From the NCBI RefSeq assembly GCF_000738915.1, contig NW_026515638.1, positions 518,882 to 582,881 of the forward strand: 64,000 nt of DNA. Direction: 5' to 3'. Position 1 is the stretch's first letter; every line of letters begins with the position of its first letter. The notes beneath the pieces were generated by a model. That model made no database searches. It worked only from the letters and a program-made list of their open reading frames with translations, and had not been told where the DNA came from. This document shows, in pieces, positions 55,250-64,000 of the stretch. Position numbers and translations under genes: made by a program. This stretch comes from Nematocida ausubeli. Its lineage: Eukaryota.

Positions 55250-56081
55250 GCTCTATTATAAAGTCTTAAAATTTTTTCTATTTTTCATCCTTTTGCGTCT
55301 TAAAGCATTTTTGATTCTCTCTGCGTGGATATTGCTGTGCAAAAGCGGCTGCAAAGACACCTGGGCATGTGCGTGGTTTTCTTTAATATCCTCTCCAATA
55401 ATGAACATTTCTTAGTGTGGCATTTTTAGCAAGAGAAAAATGAGCATTTCATTTGTAAATACGCAGGTGGCTCAAAATAAAGAGATCTTGCCATGCACTG
55501 ATTCTTTCTAATGCATAGAATGCCATCTGGCAGAATGATTTTATGTATTTAGCTTAAATAAATTCGGGTTTAAATTAAGAAAATAATTAAATGGTTAATT
55601 ATAGTTTAAACAGATGCATGTGCATACGCTGTTTATGATATTCTGGTTCTCTGCGAATCCCAATACACCCTTCTGCAGCTTCCTTAGTGAAATCACCCTA
55701 AGTGTTTTTTCCCTTAAATTAAAGGAAGTTCTGCAGCTTGTTGCAAGTGCTTTATAGTGGAATTATGTGCGGCTGTATGAAAAATACTTTTTGTTCAACA
55801 TGTATTAGTCCAATTGGTCTAACATTTGTAATATAGCCTAAGCAGCTGTACTTCCAATTGCAAAGTTTTCTGGCTCCGCATTTTGGTCCATCCCAATGCT
55901 ATCAGCACTTTTTAGCACTACTGATTCATCCTAGCATATTTTATTTTAATGCCCCTGAAAGTTCTCTTGATTTAAGAAAAATAATACTTTTCTGTGATAA
56001 TATACACAGACGTATTTCTGGTTAAATAGAAAAATCTGGTCATTTTTTCTATATAAATAATTTTTTTAAATCTTTTTCATT

Positions 56082-57521
56082 ATGATCCAATCACAGAAGA
56101 CACCCATTAAGAAAATCATACTGGTTCTAGGAAGTGTGCTAGCGGCTTTCATTTTGATATTGCTGCCAGTGCTCTACACAAGAAGGAATTCCTGCAATAA
56201 AGAAACCTGCAGCCATGCAGAACACATAAGCATGCACGAGGATGGATGCAGCCATGAGGAGTCTGCACATGACGAATGTGTGCTGTTGGTTCAATCACGC
56301 CCACATGTGTTTGAAGGCATATTCATCCACAGAGCAGGGGTTTCTGCAGTGTATGAGAAGGAAAACATCATTCCAATCAGATCACTTAAGACAGAGGAGA
56401 AGGTAAAGGCTCCAGTAGGCTTCCTTGGAAGAATAAAGGGCTACTTTTTCAGAAAGTCCGAGGAGAAGGCTGAAGTTCCCACTGTTACTGCAGAGGAAAT
56501 GGAAATCCAGCTAAACAACACCGAGAACATTATGTGGAACTACGACAAGCAGTTTGTCAAGGAGATCAACAAGATGAAGTCAAGAGAAAAGCAGATGCTC
56601 ATTCTGGAGATCAGAAGCATGATTCTGAACTTATCAACAATCCTTCCATCCAAGCTTTCTCTGCTCGATGACTCAAACAACCTCTTTTGGCTTACTGTAT
56701 ACTGCTCTGGAGATCTTTTGGTAGACTGGATGGCATTTACCTTCACTGTTGAGGAGCTGTCTGAGGTTAAGATGAGAATCGAAGATCTCTTCAACTCCAC
56801 CGAAGAGGCAGAAGTTCTTAGAAACAACCTACTTAGCATAGTGCAAAGCTTTATTACAAAGATAGCTAGCAAGACTGGTCTTGGTGGAAAGATAACCAAA
56901 CAAAGAGAAAACGTTGCAACAATTCTGCGAGACTACAAGGCCACCCAGAAGATGGTGTGCGACATTGAGGAGTCCTGCGAGACAGAGAAGCTTCTTTTAG
57001 TCCTGGACGCCCTGTCATACCTCATTCCAATGACAGAGGAGTCAAACAAGGCCATTTTACAGACTGTAAACAGAGTGCAAGAAAGAATCTCCGGCCTGGC
57101 CCAGTCCATTGCCCTGAGACAGATGAACGACTACCTAAGCCTTACCAAGAAGTACAACTCAGAAATCATTGGCGCAATCAATGGATACATGAGATTTATT
57201 TCTGACTTTGAACAATACATTGGAGTCAACACCTTCAACACAGAAAACATCAAGAACGTTGAAAAAATGAACGATTCCACATTTGTATACGACTTTAAGC
57301 CAACAGCCAGTGCATCTGAGGTCATCAAAGGATCAAACAAGATGATCTCCGTTGCCAACATTCTCTTCAAGCAGTACATGCATCTTCTTAGCGAGAGAGA
57401 CACAGAGACAGACTACACACTATTTATTCTGGACGAGAATGCAGAAGAGCCAGTAGTAATCGCAGAGCTCATATCAGAAGAAGAACAAGAAGCAGTTTTA
57501 GTTGAAGAAGACAATGAATAA
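56082..57521 (+). CDS. Hypothetical N-terminally anchored membrane protein with His/Cys cluster (479 aa)
   Basis: TM IILVLGSVLAAFILILLPVLY, then CSHAEH..HEDGCSHEESAHDEC, a helical body and an acidic C-terminus. Confidence 0.85.
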   Translation: MIQSQKTPIKKIILVLGSVLAAFILILLPVLYTRRNSCNKETCSHAEHISMHEDGCSHEESAHDECVLLVQSRPHVFEGIFIHRAGVSAVYEKENIIPIRSLKTEEKVKAPVGFLGRIKGYFFRKSEEKAEVPTVTAEEMEIQLNNTENIMWNYDKQFVKEINKMKSREKQMLILEIRSMILNLSTILPSKLSLLDDSNNLFWLTVYCSGDLLVDWMAFTFTVEELSEVKMRIEDLFNSTEEAEVLRNNLLSIVQSFITKIASKTGLGGKITKQRENVATILRDYKATQKMVCDIEESCETEKLLLVLDALSYLIPMTEESNKAILQTVNRVQERISGLAQSIALRQMNDYLSLTKKYNSEIIGAINGYMRFISDFEQYIGVNTFNTENIKNVEKMNDSTFVYDFKPTASASEVIKGSNKMISVANILFKQYMHLLSERDTETDYTLFILDENAEEPVVIAELISEEEQEAVLVEEDNE

Positions 57522-57541
57522 ATTGATATTTTGGTATTCCC

Positions 57542-57579
57542 AGCACCTCCTTCTACAGATCGCAAGCACCTCCTTCTAC
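57542..57579 (+). repeat. 15-bp direct repeat agcacctccttctac x2 just downstream of the stop codon
   Basis: Exact copies at 57542-57556 and 57565-57579. Confidence 0.85.
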
Positions 57580-58074
57580 CCACCGCATTTTAATGAACAC
57601 ATAAGTCTCACTAACTCTGGGTCTATAAACATATACGTCTTTAAGCACTGCGCAGCACATACTAGCCAAAACTGAGAACCAAATACTCAAAGCACAGAAA
57701 ATGTAAGGATATCATATTTATCTGTCACATTTATTTAGGATATATCTTCATATAGGCTTGCTTATTATGATGCACGCTCTTTCTATTATACTGCAAAGTG
57801 TGTCTACCTTCAACACACAAATATTTTGTACTATGCTGCTTTAGGCATGGCTATATTTCTTGCCGCATATTACAATTCCCGAATATTATTGTATACATTG
57901 TATATTTCATATGGGATGCCTTTATATAATAGCATGGTATACATAGAAGTATGGGCAGAACAAAACTCGCACTTCTATTTGATTTTTCTTGCAAAGTATT
58001 TGCATTTTTGCATAATAATTAGCACTATTCTGAAACAATGTTACTATTAAATACAACCATTGAGTAAACATTAA

Positions 58075-61000
58075 ATGAAATTGGTTCTCCTACTGGTACT
58101 GCTGAAAGTATGCCATGGAAAGTTGCTGCAGTCCGTGAATAACCCCACACTGTATCTAGCAACAGACGGCGCAACCATTTACCTTAGCCCTGCAGAGCAC
58201 ACAATAAAAATAAAGCACAGGAAGGTGTATATAAGAAAGGGCAGCGAATACTACACAATAGGAGTAGAGCCAGACGAAACAAAGATCTTTGTGAAAAGGG
58301 AAAGGGAACCTGTATACTCAACTAGATCAATAATCACGACACAGGAGGTCTATAAGCCAGCCCCTGGCAGAAATAGCAGTCCTCCTGCATACAAAGAGAT
58401 CCACTACATTCCATACGATAGGCAGGAGACCCCTGAAGCCCGCACAGAGCACCATTATCACATTGGTCTTTCGCAAAGCATCTCTACGCCCAAAGATGAG
58501 CCGCCAAAGCCGCCATACTCTCCGCGACCTGAATACTACAGCGAAAGGCCTGAGCGTATGCCATATCCAGAAGATCCACCGCGTGACTCAAGAAGACCGC
58601 CCCCATATAAAACAGATCCACCTCCACACAGAGAAGAAAGACCTCCCTATAGAGAAGAAAGTCCACCGTATAGAAAGAGTGATTACCCGCCATATAACTA
58701 TCCACCATACCCAAGACCATATAGAGAGCTACCCCCGCGCCAAGAAGAACCTGCATATAATGACAAACCTCCCTTTAGATACGATCCTCTGTATAATCCA
58801 TACACAGAGCCAGTTAACCCCATTTTTTCTCTGCCCACAGACCAGCAGACCATTCCATACTACAGGCCGTCTAGCAGGAAGAAGCGTGAAGACTTCTCTC
58901 ATGAGAAGGAAGTTGAGAGCGACTCTGGTATAAATATCAGTCCATTTGATGTAATAATAGAAGAGGAAGGCAGCAAAATTGTGCATCTAAAGAGAGAAGG
59001 GAACGACCACTGCTTAAACTATTTCAATAATGCATTTTCATTCAGGCCATGCGCAGATACTACGAACATAATTAGGTTTAGAGTACTTGAAAGAGACAGT
59101 ACACCCGTCATTCAACAAGACCCTATACCAATTGTTAAGGTCTTGCCTAGTGTTCAGAAAACACCATACTATGAGTGGCCTGGTTCTTTTCCCAATGATA
59201 ATCCCCTGCCCAAAGGCATTGAAAGCACACCTATTCGTAGTAGAGTACTGGATAACACATCTTTATCCAGAAGTGTTAGTAGAAGTATTCTGCCCCCCAA
59301 AAGAAGGATATATAAAAGATCGATATCCCTCGCGCCGATACCAGATGAGGATGTCTTCTCCACGGACATAAAGGGCACTTCCGACGATGTGGAAATAAGA
59401 GAAAGAGTAACCTATGCGGATAAAACCATAGTTAGCCCAAGAGAAAAACATAAGCTTGATCTGGGGAAAATGTCTATGCCAAACTACGCCAGGCACGCTG
59501 ATGCTATGTATAATAATATAAAGAACAGCTTATACAGCATGGGGTCAATGATTCATGCAGCAGACCTTCTAAAGGTGCCAAAGTCCAGGAAAAAGTACAA
59601 GTCTCGCGTGGTTAGACACCAGATTGATGACAGAAGTATTCTTGAGAAAGACGATGAAGAAGAAGGCACAGAAGAAGAACAGATCGAGAAGGAAATCCTT
59701 AAGTGGAGCAGAGGCCGGGATCGAAGAAATAGCAGCCTAAAGGACACATACAATAATCTTAAAATGAAAGGCAAGAATCTTAAAAAGCAAAGGTATAAAA
59801 TAAACCAAAAGAAAGAAAGAAACAGGAACAGAGAAAAGGATTCAAACTCTACAGATGCCGAAAGTGAGAGCAGCATATCATTTATCCCCAGCCATGATGA
59901 GCGAGATGACAAAGAGATACGAGAAAAAAGACACAAAATTATACTGGATAATCATCACTCTATGCATAATAACCACGAAAAACACCATGCGGCTGAAAGC
60001 GACTGGTCAGACTTTAAATCTCATGAACACCATGAGGCTCCTAAGCATGTTGAGATACACCACTTAGCGCCTTCTGTTGTCCATATCACCCCGCATCCAC
60101 CTCACATACCTGTCGCTAATCTGCACCACATAACAAAGAGTACAATTCATCCTATAAGCGATCCTTTTGCCATACATTCTCCATCTACTCCTAAACTATC
60201 CCCTTTCTTGAATATGCCAGAGCCAAATAACGAAGTTCACTTGCACACTGAGATTGTTCCAACAGTCCATGAAATCCACCCTGCGCCAATTCCCGTGGTG
60301 CATGATATTCCTGTTGCTCAGCCCACCATTACCATGGATCCTGTTCTGCTATCTCCTACTCCTGCGCCCTCTCTTCCACTCCAGATTCTACCACCTACCC
60401 CAATGGCGACTATTCCTGTCGTGACCCCAAGCATTTCTTCTTCTAATTCAGTAAGCGACATACTTTCTTCCTACTTAAATCCTATACAAAGCAATCTTAT
60501 AGACAGTAAAATGTCTTCTCTAGGCACAGATAAATCTTTAATGCCGTCTTCCATGTTTAAAGCCCCAGAAATACACGCTCCTGCAGCACCTGCCAAGCCT
60601 TTAAATCCTGCCAAGCTCAACAGCCCTGTGCGCCCTACTCCTACACCTGCCATTGAAAGCTCAAAAAAGTCTAATAATAGCCTTAACTCTAGCTTTGCAA
60701 GCAATTTACTGAAAAATAGCCCATTCAATATAGACAGCAACCTAATTGGAAATGATCTTCTTGGAGGCAATTCATTCGGCATGAGTAAGAAGAACAGTCC
60801 ATCTCCTTCTTCTACACCGGCTGGGCTTACCCCGCCTCCAAAGACCTCTACTCCATTTGGCGCATTCAATACTCCCTTATCGCCTGCTCCAAGTCTAAAT
60901 AGCATGTCAAATCTGAATAATCTACCTGGAATGAATAGTCTGCCTAGTATGGATAATCTGAACAGCATGAATAGTCTAACTGGTATGGATAATCTGAACG

Positions 61001-61626
61001 GCATGGGTGGTATGAACAGTATGAACAATATAAGTGGTACGAGCAGTATGAATAATATGAGCGGTATGAACAGTATGAATATCCTTCCTAATGCAAATAA
61101 TACTTCTAGCAATTCTTTTGGCATGAATAGCAGCAATCTACCTGGAACACCCAGCCCATTGACTGCTACTGGCGGAGACAATGCACCAATATCTCCTTCT
61201 AATCCGTTTGCTGCCAATTCTACTCTTAATCCTTTTGGAAACAGCTTTAATGACTCTATAAGCAAGTCGATAACTAAGTCCTTAAGCAACAATAGTACAA
61301 TTGAAAGCGCTGCTTTAGGCAATCCAGAGGATAACTCCATGTTATACGCTAAAAACATACTAGATATTGCTCCCGGAAGTGGAACAGACACAAGCTCTAT
61401 AGATTTGCTAAAAGACAAACTGAAGAACATATTTGGAGATGATACTGACAAAGACGACAATGTCACCCTAAATGGTATTCCTGTAGGAGATTCTTTAAGT
61501 AACAAGAATATGTTTTCAAATAAGTCAGCACAGCCTGCTTCTTTAAATGGCAGCGCAAATAGCGCCTTGAATACACAAAATAGCAAGCCAAGTGCATACG
61601 AAAATATTCTTAATCTGTTATCATAA
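58075..61626 (+). CDS. Large secreted modular low-complexity protein (1183 aa): Pro/Tyr-rich, charged, His-rich, Pro-rich and Met/Asn/Ser repeats
   Basis: Signal peptide MKLVLLLVLLKVCHG; successive compositional blocks; a short HCL...RPC Cys pair. Confidence 0.85.
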   Translation: MKLVLLLVLLKVCHGKLLQSVNNPTLYLATDGATIYLSPAEHTIKIKHRKVYIRKGSEYYTIGVEPDETKIFVKREREPVYSTRSIITTQEVYKPAPGRNSSPPAYKEIHYIPYDRQETPEARTEHHYHIGLSQSISTPKDEPPKPPYSPRPEYYSERPERMPYPEDPPRDSRRPPPYKTDPPPHREERPPYREESPPYRKSDYPPYNYPPYPRPYRELPPRQEEPAYNDKPPFRYDPLYNPYTEPVNPIFSLPTDQQTIPYYRPSSRKKREDFSHEKEVESDSGINISPFDVIIEEEGSKIVHLKREGNDHCLNYFNNAFSFRPCADTTNIIRFRVLERDSTPVIQQDPIPIVKVLPSVQKTPYYEWPGSFPNDNPLPKGIESTPIRSRVLDNTSLSRSVSRSILPPKRRIYKRSISLAPIPDEDVFSTDIKGTSDDVEIRERVTYADKTIVSPREKHKLDLGKMSMPNYARHADAMYNNIKNSLYSMGSMIHAADLLKVPKSRKKYKSRVVRHQIDDRSILEKDDEEEGTEEEQIEKEILKWSRGRDRRNSSLKDTYNNLKMKGKNLKKQRYKINQKKERNRNREKDSNSTDAESESSISFIPSHDERDDKEIREKRHKIILDNHHSMHNNHEKHHAAESDWSDFKSHEHHEAPKHVEIHHLAPSVVHITPHPPHIPVANLHHITKSTIHPISDPFAIHSPSTPKLSPFLNMPEPNNEVHLHTEIVPTVHEIHPAPIPVVHDIPVAQPTITMDPVLLSPTPAPSLPLQILPPTPMATIPVVTPSISSSNSVSDILSSYLNPIQSNLIDSKMSSLGTDKSLMPSSMFKAPEIHAPAAPAKPLNPAKLNSPVRPTPTPAIESSKKSNNSLNSSFASNLLKNSPFNIDSNLIGNDLLGGNSFGMSKKNSPSPSSTPAGLTPPPKTSTPFGAFNTPLSPAPSLNSMSNLNNLPGMNSLPSMDNLNSMNSLTGMDNLNGMGGMNSMNNISGTSSMNNMSGMNSMNILPNANNTSSNSFGMNSSNLPGTPSPLTATGGDNAPISPSNPFAANSTLNPFGNSFNDSISKSITKSLSNNSTIESAALGNPEDNSMLYAKNILDIAPGSGTDTSSIDLLKDKLKNIFGDDTDKDDNVTLNGIPVGDSLSNKNMFSNKSAQPASLNGSANSALNTQNSKPSAYENILNLLS

Positions 61627-62050
61627 ATAAACTATAGAAATTATTAACTATGTTTCATGCTATATCCCTCAAGCTAACTGCACATTTAGTATACTCTTCA
61701 TACAGACCTAGCTGGTGTATTGTGAGAGTCTTTATACAGGACAGCTGAAAAAGCTACATTTTAGTTGAACAATCCAATATAATCCAAAAATAAAAACCCT
61801 TAGTAAGCCTAATAAGTCTTTCAACCATGCCTTTTCTTCATAAAACAGCTGGACTGCTCAATATATTTCTAAAATATATGAAATGTAGTTGTGAAATATT
61901 TCTGCTTTCTACGCATATCCCATATGAAGTGCCCATCAATATAGTTGAAGAGCTCGAGGTGTCAAAGACTATTGCAAATAATGCATAAATTAAAGGAAAC
62001 GTAAGGAAAGACAACATTATAAATTTTAAATAATTTTATAGCCAAGTAAA

Positions 62051-62539
62051 ATGGAAGTAGCAATTAAAACATGCCCAAAGCAGCTGGAAGCAACATACGT
62101 AATGATAAAACCCGATGGTGTTAAGAGAAGATTAGTTGGCGAGATATTGGCCAGAATTGAGAGAAAGGGATATAACATCTCTTACATTCAGACCGACTTT
62201 GCCACTGAAGAAATTCTTAAGGAGCACTACAATGAGCTTGTCTCTAAGCCATTCTTCCCTGGCATTATAAAATACATGACCAGCGGGCCAGTGATTAAGC
62301 TGATAGTCACAGGGCACGAGGTCGTCAAGGGCATGAGAAAGATTCTCGGTGCAACCAACCCAAGAGAAGCAGACGTAGGCACCATTAGAGGTGATCTTGC
62401 TAACTGCGTAGGAAAGAATCTTTGCCATGCATCTGACTCAGTTGAGAATGCAAAGAGAGAAATCGGCATATGGATAAACAAGGAGTTACTCCAAAATGAA
62501 TTCCCAATGGATGACTATAACATGATATACGAGAAATAA
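62051..62539 (+). CDS. NDK1: Nucleoside diphosphate kinase
   Basis: TYVMIKPDGVKR.LVGEI, GATNP..A..GTIRGD, active-site NLCHASDS. Confidence 0.97.
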   Translation: MEVAIKTCPKQLEATYVMIKPDGVKRRLVGEILARIERKGYNISYIQTDFATEEILKEHYNELVSKPFFPGIIKYMTSGPVIKLIVTGHEVVKGMRKILGATNPREADVGTIRGDLANCVGKNLCHASDSVENAKREIGIWINKELLQNEFPMDDYNMIYEK

Positions 62540-63721
62540 TAAAGTACTCCGTATTAAAAGAGCCTTCTCTGTTTTGTATAATATTTAGCTATTTTGTTGG
62601 CTGTTTGTCTGCTAAGAAGGCATAGCAGGACAAAGTAACATTGCTTTAAGCTATGCTTTCTGCATTTTATGAGCTTCCTACTGCACACCAACAAACATGT
62701 CTTTCGTTTACCTCTATTATACATACTGTATCTACTTGGTATAGTGTGCTTTTAAGCTAAACAAATTCTATTTTCTTTTCTGTTCGTCTTCTGTGTTGAG
62801 TGGTTCTTTGAGTTTTTACTTTCTTTCGATTTACCTGTGCTTTAGCTTTTTTTTTGAAGTATAAAGCTGTTCATTTTTTTTGGATGATAGTCTTCTGCTG
62901 ATGCATTTTATTTGCAAAAACCAAAGAAAATCAAAAAAGCGAGAAAACTAAAAGGAGTGAGCAAAGAAAGCTTTACCCCAAAAGAATGTTAAATTTACAA
63001 GGAAAGACCCAGTTGGATCTTAGCAGGATCGATTCTTTTCTATCATACCAACATCAAACTCTTTCAAAAAACCATCATCTTGTACTTCTTATTGGCATGA
63101 TTAATAGAAGAGAAGACATATAAATTCAAGAACAGACCTATTAGACGAGTATATTCAGCCTATGCAAGAGATTATTATGCTTTTTTGAAAGAAAGTACTC
63201 TAATGGTAATGGAAGTCTTTATACATTACTAGAAAAATATTTTATTTACACAGTTCCAAAGAGCCTTCTAGAGGAATCAAGTCCATTTTTATTTCTAGTG
63301 CTACTAAGAGCTATATACCTGCTATTTTCTGCAGATAAATCTTCTTTATATACATTCTATTCTCTTGCATTGGCTTAAACTGTTTTGAGGTTTATTGTAT
63401 GCCCTTTCTTTTCCACTTTCTGTTTTTACGTTAATAGCCTTGCATATGCATAGACATACTGTGTATGTGCTTTTCCATGAGTGTATATTTTATGTGTGTG
63501 TTTTCTACCTCAACTTTTAATTTTTATATCATGTATATTGTTTCTTTAGAACTAGATAATATGTGCATGCAGAAGAAATATAATACGACTGCCATTTGAA
63601 AAGAACTTTTCTGCAGAAGAAAAGTGCATTGATTTGCACAACATGCACCCCTAAATTATCAAATCTACAGCAATAGTACAGTAAAGCCAGTGATTCATAA
63701 TAAAATAATATTCGATTTTTT

Positions 63722-64000
63722 ATGGGCAATAATAATACAGAGGAGAAAGACTCTCTCCTGAATAAAATGAAGAAGGCAAAGCCTTTCTTTGAAACGGTAT
63801 CCACTGAGAAAAAGACGCTGCAACCACAGCAGATTGAGCTGCAGGAGCACAAAGAGACTGCGCCGCCTGCTCCAAAGCCGCCTGCACCCAGCCAAGCTCT
63901 TCTTTTCTCTGCGCCCGGAACTCTCTACAAAAAACAGGAGAGTGGATGGGCAGAAATATCTCCAGGAAAGATACAGGCTAAGGCGCTTGCTAACAGCCGG
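63722..64000 (+). CDS. Partial ORF running off the window; possible Ran-binding (RanBD/PH-like) domain protein
   Basis: Absent from the ORF track because no stop falls within the window. Reads MGNNNTEEKDSLL...PPAPKPPAP..LLFSAPGTLYKKQESGWAEISPGKI; LF...LY.....W.E...G resembles the start of a RanBD. Confidence 0.55.
   Translation, partial: MGNNNTEEKDSLLNKMKKAKPFFETVSTEKKTLQPQQIELQEHKETAPPAPKPPAPSQALLFSAPGTLYKKQESGWAEISPGKIQAKALANSR

Noticed and set aside
60471..61586. 371-aa antisense ORF, and many other antisense/nested ORFs (e.g. 22895-23599, 15518-16069, 13755-14405)
   Set aside because: Shadows of real genes on the opposite strand, explained by codon bias and low complexity; no recognisable motifs.
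62902..63200. Start-less coding-like stretch, possibly another gag relic
   Set aside because: Motif matches are too weak and spread over several frames to call.
1..64000. tRNAs, spliceosomal introns/snRNAs, CRISPR arrays, prokaryotic operons
   Set aside because: No cloverleaf/T-loop signature, no interrupted conserved gene and no repeat-spacer array seen by eye; the sequence is eukaryotic. tRNAscan-SE or Infernal could still find something I missed.

Overview
Eukaryotic, gene-dense, apparently intron-free DNA that reads as a microsporidian, most likely Nematocida. This is inferred from a NemLGF1-like secreted protein, compact and highly divergent housekeeping genes, a dispersed 5S rRNA and very short intergenic spacers. 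Recognisable core genes are RPA2/RPA135, RSA4/NLE1, a Sec7 ARF-GEF, a UTP20-like HEAT protein, DPB2, actin, EMG1, a forkhead factor, UBA2, MED6, a DeSI/PPPDE peptidase, Aurora kinase, GRASP, NDOR1/TAH18, a CM1-domain spindle-pole protein, RAE1 and NDK. Lineage-specific secreted or membrane proteins are interspersed. Signals not explained by the ORF track: (i) fossil Ty3/Gypsy-like fragments, namely gag, RT/RNase H and three homologous integrase-core copies at ~5.9 kb, ~9.0 kb and ~46.2 kb; (ii) a dispersed intergenic 12-mer TTCGGGTTATAT (5 exact and 3 one-mismatch copies); (iii) a dense TGAC(A) site cluster upstream of one membrane-protein gene; (iv) diverged T-rich/A-rich palindromes; (v) divergent gene pairs with only 25 and 33 bp between start codons. 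All calls come from reading by eye; no searches were run. Several start codons were moved to the likely ATG instead of the ORF-track start.
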